Assembly (NCBI GenBank): GCA_020053105.1
Contig: JAGVNU010000084.1
Location: 65,133-129,132 of the forward strand
Direction of reading: 5' to 3'
From: Thermodesulfovibrionia bacterium
GTDB taxonomy: Bacteria > Nitrospirota > Thermodesulfovibrionia > UBA6902
DNA: 64,000 bases
Positions within the stretch are counted from its first letter, which is position 1; each line of letters opens with the position of its first letter. Positions 44,501 through 53,037 of the stretch are shown here, in pieces. The notes beneath the pieces are model-generated. The model made no database searches, had not been told where the DNA came from, and was given only the letters and a program-made list of their open reading frames with translations. Both the position numbers and the translations under genes were made by a program.

Positions 44501-45562
44501 GCCCCTGCCTGTGGCCTCGACATCCCTTATCCTCCCGCCGGTGCCGGTTTCAGCCCCTGGAAACGGTGCGACCCCGCTCGGAAAATTATGGGTCTCTGCA
44601 GTAAAGATAACATCATACATCCGCTTGGCCTTTTTATAAGCTGCCGGCGCGAGGTGATTATCCGGAATGATCGTATTAATTTCATATCCCCGGATCGAAC
44701 TGGAATTGTCCTTGAATGCAATGACGCTGTTTGCAGGGTTTGCCTTGAGGGGTTTCTGGATTATCCTGATAAGATCATCCGGAACTTCTTTGCCGTCAAC
44801 TATCAGCCGGCCTTTAAAAAACCAGTGCCTTGAATGTTCGCTGTTTGACTGGCTCAGATCAAAGCATTCCACATTGGTAGGATTTCTGCCGATGTCATTG
44901 ACAAAGAGGTTATAGTAATAATCAATGTCCCAGGCGTCAAGCCCTAGCCCCATTGCCTTATTGATTTTTTCGAGCGCTGCTTTCCCTTCTTCTTTAAGCC
45001 GTATTTCAACCACCGGTTCGGGTTTGGTCCCGGTCTCAAATGTTGTCAGCGGCTCCGGATATTGGCACTCTGTCATCCGGTCATAAAACAGTGATGAGTG
45101 ATGAGTGATGAGTGACTGGCAAAAATCTTCCTTCTGCTTATTGCCGAATGATTCATCTTTACTGAATGTAAATTTATACCTGCGGGACCTTTCAATTCGA
45201 GTAATCTTTTTAAGCCCGCATGCGTGACATACCGATACAGCGTTTGCGGACCATGCAGTAGTAAAGTTCATGCGTGGACCGACTTCGAGAATTATACCGG
45301 GCACGGCGCGCCGCGCCCCTGCGGGGACATCTGCCAAAAAACTATGCTCAGAGAAATTCTCCGGTTCAAATGTCTCGGAAAGCAGCCAGCGGAGGATGAC
45401 CATTTCTTCCTGCTCTACCGGGCCGGCCGTCTCTATGTTAAAGCAGTATTCGGTTTCAATTTCTTCAACTGCTGACGAAATCCTCTGCCTGACAATCGCG
45501 AGCAGTTCATTTTGCTGTGCTCCTGATAAGGCAGGGGCTCTGTAAAAGTGCATCAAGGCCAT
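41537..45562 (-). CDS. purL: phosphoribosylformylglycinamidine synthase, single-chain large form
   Basis: Collinear with the large FGAM synthase: SNSEHSRHWFF, ETHNFPS, DRSDGGL, and the C-terminal glutaminase GVCNGCQ...HGEGR. Confidence 0.95.
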   Translation of the reverse strand: MALMHFYRAPALSGAQQNELLAIVRQRISSAVEEIETEYCFNIETAGPVEQEEMVILRWLLSETFEPENFSEHSFLADVPAGARRAVPGIILEVGPRMNFTTAWSANAVSVCHACGLKKITRIERSRRYKFTFSKDESFGNKQKEDFCQSLITHHSSLFYDRMTECQYPEPLTTFETGTKPEPVVEIRLKEEGKAALEKINKAMGLGLDAWDIDYYYNLFVNDIGRNPTNVECFDLSQSNSEHSRHWFFKGRLIVDGKEVPDDLIRIIQKPLKANPANSVIAFKDNSSSIRGYEINTIIPDNHLAPAAYKKAKRMYDVIFTAETHNFPSGVAPFPGAETGTGGRIRDVEATGRGGLVIAGTAAYCVGNLHIPGYELPWEDKSFKYPPNLASPLDIEVQASNGASDYGNKFGEPVIQGYTRSFGMRLPDGERYEWLKPIMFTAGIGQMDATHIKKGEPEEGMLVVKIGGPAYRIGIGGGAASSMIQGENVAELDFNAVQRGDAEMEQKMNRVLRACVELGSENPVVSIHDQGAGGNCNVVKEIIYPAGAKIEVRKIQLGDNTLSVLEIWGAEYQEQNALLLKKEHIEIFREMCLREKVPFAVIGVITGDGFAVLYDETDGSTPVNLDLGKILGEMPQKTFHLDRIRLKPSPLKLPEGLTVRAALDRVLRLLSVGSKRFLTNKVDRSVTGLIARQQCAGPLQLTVSDVAVIGQSHFGLTGAAISIGEQPVKTLIDPAAMARLCVGEALTNIVWARISSLEDIKCSGNWMWAAKLPGEGAKLYDAAVALSDILIKLDIAIDGGKDSLSMATQVRDASGNSETVKSPGTLVISAYATCPDIKKVITPDIKRPGQSKLILIDLGTGKNRLGGSALAQVYNQTGDESPDVDDPELLKRTFTAVQALIDKDLILSGHDRSDGGLITTLLEMAFAGNCGMDVDISSAEAIYPEGHRHELPLLFSEELGMVIEYLPEKEDDIISVLKNSSVPYDIIGKTLSEKRISVKLLTSDASLLTLLDEDMPALRSIWEETSYQLERLQANPECVEEEKINIFDRKGPEYVLTFEPEETKPRPHMPAQPKVAIIREEGSNSDREMTAAFYQAGFEPWDVTMTDFLEDRVSLAGFSGLAFVGGFSYADVLDSAKGWAGVIRFNNKIWDEFRKFYNRKDTFSLGVCNGCQLMALLGWVPWQGIENSIQPRFIHNVSGRFESRFSTVRILQSPAIMLKGMEGSALGIWVAHGEGRAYFPDENILKRIEAENLAPVRYVDDSNEITMKYPFNPNGSANGIAALCSPDGRHLAVMPHPERTFLKWQWPWMPENVGAYGNASSQASPWLRMFQNASEWCDNNK
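42709..42749. repeat. REP-like hairpin element lying in frame inside purL
   Basis: gcaattcatgcctgtgcccttcagggtaaattgcctctgcg. It matches 20708-20748 and encodes AEAIYPEGHRHEL on the coding strand. Confidence 0.55.
45091..45116. repeat. heptanucleotide tandem repeat (gtgatga x3 plus gtgac) inside purL
   Basis: Read directly from the sequence. It encodes SLITHHSSL on the minus strand. Confidence 0.8.
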
Positions 45563-45597
45563 TTTGTTTCTCCATGGGGAAAAGCTTAGCAGACGCT

Positions 45598-45627
45598 ATT
45601 GTATCATTTTTAAAAAAGCCCTGTCAT
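45598..45627 (-). promoter_or_regulatory. candidate purL promoter
   Basis: Minus-strand ATGACA, then 18 nt, then an extended -10 TGATACAAT. It lies about 35 nt upstream of the purL ATG. Confidence 0.3.
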
Positions 45628-45729
45628 TAACCGTGAAGACACCTGTTTATATTTATCTTCCGGCTAAAGCTTCCCCTCAGACGTGCCGATATCTAACTTA
45701 AGGAAACATGATAAAGAAAGAAGGTGAAT

Positions 45730-45891
45730 ATGTATAACTACATGGTGTTAAATGTGTCAAAAAAGAAATTGTTCAGGGACTTTTTGGCGTATTACAAGCG
45801 GAACCCGGATGATGAACTTTATTATGTTTCCATCAATAATCCGAAGTTGTTGAAATATCTCGAAGAGTTTATAGAAAGAAGAATGAATTAG
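45730..45891 (+). CDS. small hypothetical protein (53 aa), below the ORF-track cutoff
   Basis: My own translation is MYNYMVLNVSKKKLFRDFLAYYKRNPDDELYYVSINNPKLLKYLEEFIERRMN. The SD is gaaggtg. Confidence 0.3.
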   Translation: MYNYMVLNVSKKKLFRDFLAYYKRNPDDELYYVSINNPKLLKYLEEFIERRMN

Positions 45892-45906
45892 AAACGAATA
45901 GCTTAA

Positions 45907-47265
45907 TCATTCGGTTATGTCCTTTATGGCCTCAGCAGTGATCCTGGTGAGGCTTTTTAGTTCCTGGAGGGATATGGTTAACGGCGGCATCAGTACGATA
46001 ACATTTCCGAGGGGTCTTATAATAAGTCCTTTCTCCCGCGCCGCATAACAGACCCGCCAGCCGATTTTATCCTCAAGCGGATACGGCCCACCGGTTTTTT
46101 TATCTTTTACAAGTTCAATCCCGACCATGAAGCCTTTCTGCCTGATGTCTCCGACGTGTTTGAAAACAGACATCTTCTGCAGTTCCTTTTTCAGCAGTTC
46201 TGTTTTTCTAACCAGTTTCTGCAAAGTTTTTTCCTTTTTAAACACGTTGAGATTAGCGATGGCGGCTGCACAGGCGAGTTGATTGCCGGTATATGTGTGA
46301 CCGTGGAAGAAGGTCTTTAATTCACTGTAATTACCGAGGAATGAACTGTAGATTTTTTCCGTTGCAATTGTTGCAGCAAGTGGCAGATAGCCGCCGGTTA
46401 TTCCCTTTGCAAGACAGAGGATGTCAGGACTCACATCTTCATGTTCGCAGGCAAACATCTTCCCTGTCCTTCCAAAGCCGGTAGCGACTTCATCCGCGAT
46501 CATGAGGATATCGTAACTGGCGCATATTTTTTTAATCCCCTTTAAATATCCCGGAGGAGATGCAATCATGCCGCCTGCCCCCTGCATAAGAGGTTCAATA
46601 ATCAATGCGGCTATTTCCCGTTTATGTTTTTTAATTATTTTTTCTGCTTCTTTAAGACAAAAAAGCCTGCATGAAGGATATTTTTTCCCGAGTTCACAGT
46701 GGTAACAATATGGAGAGGGTATTTTATATGACTTAAAAAGCAGCGGAGAGAATATATTATGAAACAGGTCGATCCCCCCGACGCTTACCGCTCCTATAGT
46801 GTCCCCATGGTATGCATTATTAAGGGATACAAATTTTGTCTTACTCTTAATCCCCTTGTGCTGCCAGTATTGATAGGCCATTTTAAGCCCAATTTCTACG
46901 GACGTCGATCCATTGTCAGAATAAAAGACCTTTGAAAGACCTGCCGGTGCTATTTTAGCGAGCACCCCGGCAAGCTCTGCTGCCGGGGGATGGGTCAACC
47001 CGAGGAGGGTGGAGTGGCTGATCCTGTCTATCTGGCCTTTTATTGCGTCGTCTATTTCTTTTTTTCTATGGCCGTGGACTGTTACCCAAAGGGAAGATAC
47101 ACCGTCAATATACCACTTTCCATAAATGTCTTTAAGAAAAGAACCCCGTCCGTCGGTGATAATCAGGGGGCTTTCTTCTGACCACTCTTTCATTTGTGTA
47201 AAGGGGTGCCAGAGATGCTTTTTGTCAAGGTTTTCGATGTGGCTTCTATAAGACCGGATGTTCAT
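45907..47265 (-). CDS. bioA: adenosylmethionine-8-amino-7-oxononanoate aminotransferase
   Basis: Class-III aminotransferase with HLWHPFTQM at the N-terminus and DEVATGFGRTGKMFA. The PLP Lys context is AKGITGGYLP. Confidence 0.9.
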   Translation of the reverse strand: MNIRSYRSHIENLDKKHLWHPFTQMKEWSEESPLIITDGRGSFLKDIYGKWYIDGVSSLWVTVHGHRKKEIDDAIKGQIDRISHSTLLGLTHPPAAELAGVLAKIAPAGLSKVFYSDNGSTSVEIGLKMAYQYWQHKGIKSKTKFVSLNNAYHGDTIGAVSVGGIDLFHNIFSPLLFKSYKIPSPYCYHCELGKKYPSCRLFCLKEAEKIIKKHKREIAALIIEPLMQGAGGMIASPPGYLKGIKKICASYDILMIADEVATGFGRTGKMFACEHEDVSPDILCLAKGITGGYLPLAATIATEKIYSSFLGNYSELKTFFHGHTYTGNQLACAAAIANLNVFKKEKTLQKLVRKTELLKKELQKMSVFKHVGDIRQKGFMVGIELVKDKKTGGPYPLEDKIGWRVCYAAREKGLIIRPLGNVIVLMPPLTISLQELKSLTRITAEAIKDITE

Positions 47266-47470
47266 TTTGTTACCTGGCTTCTCACATTTTCTTTCGCAAC
47301 TAAAGTTACCATTGACAATTTAAAATGTCAAAGTATCGCATATCATAGCTGATTCTGATCCGATGACTTTCCATCTTGTTTTCTTACTTTCATCTTTCCC
47401 CTTATACAAAAATATATGTATGTTATATTATAAGTTTACAAGGTTCGGTAACCAAGGTATAATTTAGAAA

Positions 47471-48946
47471 ATGAAGAAAATAACTATAGTTACATTAATA
47501 GTAATTGCCTTAGTTTCAGGGTACATAATAGGCAACAGAACGGATTTTTTCTCTTCCAGGCCGGCATCTCCTCCTTATATGTACAATCTTCAGCTGCCCA
47601 AAGAGCTTTCAGGAGATAATGCGGCCTTTTCCGGAGTTGCCAATGTTATCAGCCCGGTTGTCGCAAACATTTCTACTTCAAAGACTGTTGCGCGTAAAGA
47701 CATTTCTCCGAATCCTCACTCCTTCGACGGCCCCTTGAATGATTATTTCGAGTCTTTTGATATTCCGAAAAAGTGGAAGGAACAGAGCCTGGGGTCAGGG
47801 GTTGTTGTATCTTCTGACGGATACATCATCACGAATAATCACGTTGTGGAAAAATCCGATGAAATCAAGGTGACACTATTTGATCAGCAGAATTACAAAG
47901 GTAAAATTATCGGCACGGACCCGAAGACGGACCTTGCTGTAATAAAAATATCAGCGACAAACCTTCCGGCAATAAAATGGGGGGATTCCGACAAGCTTCA
48001 GGTCGGCGAGTTTGTGCTCGCATTCGGCAATCCCTATAGTTTAGGTCATACGGTCACGATGGGCATAGTCAGCGCCCTTGGCAGGGCCAATGTGGGCATC
48101 GCGGATTATGAAGATTTTATACAGACCGATGCAGCTATCAACCCCGGGAATTCAGGCGGGCCGCTGGTAAATATCAAAGGAGAGCTGGTGGGTATCAATA
48201 CCGCTATCTTTTCAAGGACCGGGGGATATCAGGGGATAGGGTTTGCGGTGCCGAGCAATATGGCAAAATCCGTTATGACACAGCTTATGAACCAGGGAAA
48301 GGTAACACGTGGATGGCTGGGGATAACAATACAGAACCTGACCCCTGAACTTGCAGGGGAATTTAACCTGAAGAAATCTTCCGGAGCCCTTGTCACGGAT
48401 ATATTTAAGGGAAGCCCCGCTGAGAAGGCCGGGGTCAGGAGGGGGGATGTGATACTTGAGATAAACGGCAAGGAGATCCGGAACGTCGAGTCCCTGAGAA
48501 ACATAGTGGCCCAGAGCAAAGTGGGAAGCAGGATCAAGCTGGAAGTCCTGCGCGACGGCAGGACCTTCCCTGCGAATGTGAATGTAACAGAATATCCCCA
48601 GGAGTTGGCCCAGGCAGAACAAGATGGATCTGAGGAGGATGTGTTTACAAAAGAGAAGGCGCTGGTCGGTATGAGTGTCATGGACCTTACGCGGGACATT
48701 GCCAAACAGCTGGGACTCTCAAAAAACGACAAGGGCGTTGTAATCGTAAAAGTCGATACTTACAGCGCAGCAGAGGAAGCAGGACTGAAAAAAGGGGACC
48801 TGATCCAGGAAGTCAATAAGAAAAGGATCAAGGATTTAAGTGATTTCAATAAAATACTCCCTGGCATAAGGGACGGAGATACGGTTTTGCTTTTTATTAA
48901 CAGAGGTGGTAATAAATTCTATATCACCTTGAAAACATATTCTTAA
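47471..48946 (+). CDS. degP: periplasmic serine endoprotease DegP/HtrA family (two PDZ domains)
   Basis: Catalytic triad contexts TNNHVV, DLAVIK and GNSGGPL, plus two PDZ repeats. Confidence 0.9.
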   Translation: MKKITIVTLIVIALVSGYIIGNRTDFFSSRPASPPYMYNLQLPKELSGDNAAFSGVANVISPVVANISTSKTVARKDISPNPHSFDGPLNDYFESFDIPKKWKEQSLGSGVVVSSDGYIITNNHVVEKSDEIKVTLFDQQNYKGKIIGTDPKTDLAVIKISATNLPAIKWGDSDKLQVGEFVLAFGNPYSLGHTVTMGIVSALGRANVGIADYEDFIQTDAAINPGNSGGPLVNIKGELVGINTAIFSRTGGYQGIGFAVPSNMAKSVMTQLMNQGKVTRGWLGITIQNLTPELAGEFNLKKSSGALVTDIFKGSPAEKAGVRRGDVILEINGKEIRNVESLRNIVAQSKVGSRIKLEVLRDGRTFPANVNVTEYPQELAQAEQDGSEEDVFTKEKALVGMSVMDLTRDIAKQLGLSKNDKGVVIVKVDTYSAAEEAGLKKGDLIQEVNKKRIKDLSDFNKILPGIRDGDTVLLFINRGGNKFYITLKTYS

Positions 48947-48960
48947 AAGAGGAGAGAAAA

Positions 48961-49965
48961 ATGTTATATAAAATTATATTTTTCCTCGTATTTGTAGCGG
49001 GCGGATATGCTATAGGAATAAGAGAGGGCCTGAATTATCAGGGACTCATATGGGGCGCGGGAGTCGGGATTATTGCATTGGCCCTGGAGTATGTATTAAC
49101 GATGGTGGGTTTCGGCACAGTGCTTGGGGGATTGGCCGGATTATCGATCGGGCTTTTATTCGCCAAGTTAATCTATTTACCGCTAAAGACAATTTTCACC
49201 AGCATGGACGGGACCTATATCGGCGTTATCTTTAATACAGTATTCGGCTACAGCGGCCTGCTCCTGGGGTTGCGGGCAGGGAAGGACTTTACCATATCGA
49301 GCATTATCAAGGCCTTCAAAAGCAGGGTGGAAGAGGGATATGCCAAGGTCATTGATACCAGTGTAATAATAGACGGCAGGATAGTGGATGTCTGCGAGGC
49401 GGGCTTTATTGAAGGCACTTTCATTATCCCCCAGTTTATACTGCAGGAGCTCCAGCATATCGCGGATTCAGCGGACTCCCTGAGGAGGGCCCGTGGTAGA
49501 AGGGGCCTGGACATCCTGCACAAGATCCAGAAGATGAACAATATCACCGTAAAAATAGTTGATGAAGATTTCCCGAAGATAAAGGAAGTGGACGCCAAAC
49601 TGGTGGCATTGGCCAGGCTGATAGGAGCCAAGATTATAACCAATGACTTTAATCTTAACAAGGTCGCCGAGCTTCAGGGGGTGACCGTGTTAAATCTCAA
49701 TGAGCTTGCAAACGCATTGAAGCCCGTCGTGCTGCCCGGAGAGACGATGAATATCTTTATATCCAAAGAAGGCAAGGAATCAAATCAGGGGGTGGGTTAT
49801 CTGGATGACGGGACGATGGTTGTAGTAGATAACGCGAGGAAGAAAATAAATCAGCAGCTGGACGTGGTTGTTACAAGTGTCCTGCAGACAACAGCAGGGC
49901 GAATGATATTTGCGAAGCTCAAGGAAGAAGCAGACAGGGAAGAACGTCAGATGGCCCGGCATTAA
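48961..49965 (+). CDS. membrane-anchored PIN and TRAM domain protein (YacL-like)
   Basis: N-terminal TM helices, PIN VIDTSVIIDGR...TNDFNL, and a C-terminal TRAM VVVTSVLQTTAGRMIFAKL. Confidence 0.8.
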   Translation: MLYKIIFFLVFVAGGYAIGIREGLNYQGLIWGAGVGIIALALEYVLTMVGFGTVLGGLAGLSIGLLFAKLIYLPLKTIFTSMDGTYIGVIFNTVFGYSGLLLGLRAGKDFTISSIIKAFKSRVEEGYAKVIDTSVIIDGRIVDVCEAGFIEGTFIIPQFILQELQHIADSADSLRRARGRRGLDILHKIQKMNNITVKIVDEDFPKIKEVDAKLVALARLIGAKIITNDFNLNKVAELQGVTVLNLNELANALKPVVLPGETMNIFISKEGKESNQGVGYLDDGTMVVVDNARKKINQQLDVVVTSVLQTTAGRMIFAKLKEEADREERQMARH

Positions 49966-50672
49966 TGGACACAAAGATAATCGCGATAGTGCCTTCAGCA
50001 GGTCTCGGTAAAAGATTTGACCCCTCCAGGAGAAAGACATTTGTCAGCATAAACGGCGTCCCTCTTCTCATTTACACCTTGAAACGTCTCCAGAGTGAAG
50101 CCTTGATAGCGGAAATTATCCCTGTAATCAGACAGGATGATACGGACCGGTTTAAAGAAATGGTAAAAGAATACCATCTGGACAAGATCAAACGGGTGGC
50201 GCCGGGAGGGCCGGAAAGACAGGACTCAATTTATAATGCGCTGAGACTTATTGAAGCGGAAGGGATTGCTTATTACAAAAATAGTTATGTCTTAATTCAC
50301 GATGGTGTCAGGCCGTATATCCCCGAAGGCATGATTGATAAACTTGTGGATGAAATAAAAGACGTTGACGGGGTGATACCGGGAGTCCCGGTGAAGGACA
50401 CTATTAAAGAAATCGACGGGGGTGGAATGGTTGTTTCCACTTTAAACCGCGAGAAGGTCAGGGCTGTGCAGACCCCGCAGTTTTTTTCTTTCAGGGCACT
50501 TAAAAAGGCTTATGATAAGGCCTATGAAGACGGCCTTTATGCAACAGACGATGCAGCCCTTGTTGAGAGGACAGGCGGCCGGGTAAAGATAATCTTAGGC
50601 AGTCCCTTTAATATAAAGGTCACTACACCTGAGGACCTTAAGATGGTAGAATATTTGCTCAATAAGGAGTAA
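49965..50672 (+). CDS. ispD: 2-C-methyl-D-erythritol 4-phosphate cytidylyltransferase
   Basis: [26 protein letters not shown]. Confidence 0.95.
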   Translation: MDTKIIAIVPSAGLGKRFDPSRRKTFVSINGVPLLIYTLKRLQSEALIAEIIPVIRQDDTDRFKEMVKEYHLDKIKRVAPGGPERQDSIYNALRLIEAEGIAYYKNSYVLIHDGVRPYIPEGMIDKLVDEIKDVDGVIPGVPVKDTIKEIDGGGMVVSTLNREKVRAVQTPQFFSFRALKKAYDKAYEDGLYATDDAALVERTGGRVKIILGSPFNIKVTTPEDLKMVEYLLNKE

Positions 50673-50680
50673 GTTTCATT

Positions 50681-51151
50681 ATGAGAATCGGGACAGGCTA
50701 TGATTCACACAGGCTGGTTGAGGGAAGGAAACTTGTTATCGGCGGCGTGGACATCCCTTTTGAAAAGGGGCTGCTTGGACATTCTGATGCCGATGTATTA
50801 TGCCATGCAATCATCGATGCCATACTGGGGGCGCTCGGAATGGGCGATATAGGGACACACTTCCCTGACACCGACAGTAAATGGAAAGACGCCTCAAGCA
50901 TCGCCCTGCTTTCAAGGACCGTAGAGCTTGTGAAGAAGCATGGCTTTGAGATCTCATGGATTGACTCCACTGTTATAGCGGAAAGACCAAAGCTCCAGCC
51001 GCACATAGAGATAATGAAAAAAAATATTTCAGGCGCAGGGATACCCTCAGGCGCAGTTAATATAAAGGCCAAGACGAATGAAGGCATGGGGTTTATAGGA
51101 CGGGGAGAAGGAATAGCAGCGCAGGCTGTGTGTCTTATAAAATCCCTATGA
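50681..51151 (+). CDS. ispF: 2-C-methyl-D-erythritol 2,4-cyclodiphosphate synthase
   Basis: [22 protein letters not shown], and position directly after ispD. Confidence 0.95.
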   Translation: MRIGTGYDSHRLVEGRKLVIGGVDIPFEKGLLGHSDADVLCHAIIDAILGALGMGDIGTHFPDTDSKWKDASSIALLSRTVELVKKHGFEISWIDSTVIAERPKLQPHIEIMKKNISGAGIPSGAVNIKAKTNEGMGFIGRGEGIAAQAVCLIKSL

Positions 51152-51269
51152 TTTTATTCGCGGGAGATTAAGGTCACGGCATTAGGGTATAATAGATACC
51201 GCCTTTTCACATTGTTGTCATAATTAGTATTTAGAATAACTGCGTTCAAGATACCATGGAGGATAAAAC

Positions 51270-51785
51270 ATGAAATACAAAGGACCTGTTTTAATAATTA
51301 TTATTGCTATCGGGGCCGCGATGCTGTTTCTTATGCCCGGAACAAAAGAATATGAAGAAATCGCCTCGGTAGGCAAACCTGCCCCTGATTTCAACTACCC
51401 TGATTCCACCGGCAAGATGTGGAAACTATCGGACCTCCGGGGGAAAGTAGTGTTTATCAGTTTCTGGGCCACCTGGTGCACGACCTGCGAATCGGAGATG
51501 CCATCAAAAGATTTCCTTTACAATAAAATGCAGGGCAAACCCTTTCAGATGCTCGGCATGCTGTTCAGGGATGACCCCTCAAATCTTGTCCCATACAAAA
51601 GGACACATGTACTTAACCTTCCTACTCTCATAAGCCCTGAAAACGAGGCCGCAAAGAAATACGGCATAACCGGAGTACCAGAGACCTTTATCATTGATAA
51701 GGACGGAATAGTCAGGGAAAAGCTGGTCGGTCCGAAGGCCTGGGACAGCCAGGAACAGATCGCCCTGATTGAGAAGTGGTTATAG
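51270..51785 (+). CDS. TlpA/ResA-family thiol-disulfide oxidoreductase
   Basis: Signal anchor plus the thioredoxin motif FWATWCTTC. Confidence 0.85.
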   Translation: MKYKGPVLIIIIAIGAAMLFLMPGTKEYEEIASVGKPAPDFNYPDSTGKMWKLSDLRGKVVFISFWATWCTTCESEMPSKDFLYNKMQGKPFQMLGMLFRDDPSNLVPYKRTHVLNLPTLISPENEAAKKYGITGVPETFIIDKDGIVREKLVGPKAWDSQEQIALIEKWL

Positions 51786-51789
51786 ACTG

Positions 51790-52443
51790 ATGTATGAAGA
51801 ACTGAAGGCCATTGCACATGCATCGGGCGCAACCGCATTCGGCGTAGCCCAGATAGAAGACCTCAGGACCCATTTTGACGCGCTGCCGATGGACCAGACC
51901 GAAGGCTTGTCCATTGGGATCAGCATCGGATCAAGGGTTTCTGCAGCCGTATTAAGGGGCTGCATCATCGGCCCGACACGCCACTACCTGCACAACTACA
52001 GGATGATCAACTGGCTGCTTGACCAGACAGCAGCTAAACTGTCTGTCATGATTCAGAACAAAGGCTACAATGCCATGCCCATCCCTGCAAGCCAGATAGT
52101 TGACTGGGAGGCGCAGACAGCCCATCTGTCCCATAAAATGATAGCGCTTCGCGCAGGGATAGGTTGGATTGGAAGAAACAACCTCATGGTACACCCCGAG
52201 TACGGCTCAAAGATCAGGCTTGCAACCATCCTGACAGACATGCCTCTTAAAACGGACTCTCCTGTTGAAAGGGATTGCGGCGCATGTAAAAAGTGCATTG
52301 AGATCTGTCCGGTGAATGCTATAAAAGAATCACACAAGGATTGGGACAAGGTGGCCTGTCTTGAGAAACTGAAATACTTTGCCAAGGCACATAATGTGGG
52401 GCAGTTTATTTGCGGGCTTTGTGTTAAGGCGTGTCAGCCGTAA
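51790..52443 (+). CDS. 4Fe-4S cluster protein, epoxyqueuosine-reductase (QueG)-like short form
   Basis: CGACKKCIEICPVNAI and FICGLCVKACQP. The start is moved to the ATG at 51790, just after the tlpA-like stop. Confidence 0.55.
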   Translation: MYEELKAIAHASGATAFGVAQIEDLRTHFDALPMDQTEGLSIGISIGSRVSAAVLRGCIIGPTRHYLHNYRMINWLLDQTAAKLSVMIQNKGYNAMPIPASQIVDWEAQTAHLSHKMIALRAGIGWIGRNNLMVHPEYGSKIRLATILTDMPLKTDSPVERDCGACKKCIEICPVNAIKESHKDWDKVACLEKLKYFAKAHNVGQFICGLCVKACQP

Positions 52444-52446
52444 CCT

Positions 52447-52992
52447 ATGGGAATAATAATCGAACCACACCCCGTCAAACTGTTCATCGGCATGCTGTCT
52501 CAGGATATGTCCCTGATTGAGCAATTAACCGATAGCCTTCAAAACATGTTCGGCCCGATTGACCTTTCAAGTCCTGTCCTTCCCTGGGAGCATACGAAGT
52601 ATTATGAAAAAGAAATGGGGGAGGGCCTGAAGCGGAAGTTTATATTTTTTGAAAAACTGGTCCACCCCGGAACAATCGCTGATATTAAATTGAGAACCAT
52701 GGAGCTTGAAAGCAGGCGCCTTAAGGATAAGGGTGGAAGGGAAATTAATCTTGACCCCGGGTATTTAGACGCCGCGAAAATAGTTCTCGCTTCAACAAAG
52801 GATTTTTCCCACAGGATTTATCTTGATAAAGGGATATACGGAGAAGTGACCCTTATGTATTCAGGCAAAGATTATCAGACTCTGCCTTATACATTTCCTG
52901 ATTACAGGACTAAAGAGTATTGGGACATTTTTAAAACAGCCAGGGAATTGTTCAAATCAGAAATAAAGAAACGGTTAAATCCTGATCAATAA
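52447..52992 (+). CDS. DUF4416-like protein
   Basis: PVKLFIGML...YYEKEMG...INLDPGYL...KIVLASTKDFSHRIYL matches my recollection of DUF4416. Confidence 0.6.
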   Translation: MGIIIEPHPVKLFIGMLSQDMSLIEQLTDSLQNMFGPIDLSSPVLPWEHTKYYEKEMGEGLKRKFIFFEKLVHPGTIADIKLRTMELESRRLKDKGGREINLDPGYLDAAKIVLASTKDFSHRIYLDKGIYGEVTLMYSGKDYQTLPYTFPDYRTKEYWDIFKTARELFKSEIKKRLNPDQ

Positions 52993-53037
52993 TACAGCAG
53001 GTATTGTCGAATACTAGATGTCTGATTGGGTGACCTT

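Noticed and set aside
45563-45729. Purine or ZTP riboswitches upstream of purL. I also checked upstream of purF (32694-32884), purB (19579-19740) and the purC-like gene (16161-16345).
   Set aside because: None of these leaders contains the conserved purine-aptamer UAUAAU...CUACC features or the ZTP GGGUCGUGAC...CCGCCUGGGC blocks. This was checked by eye only.
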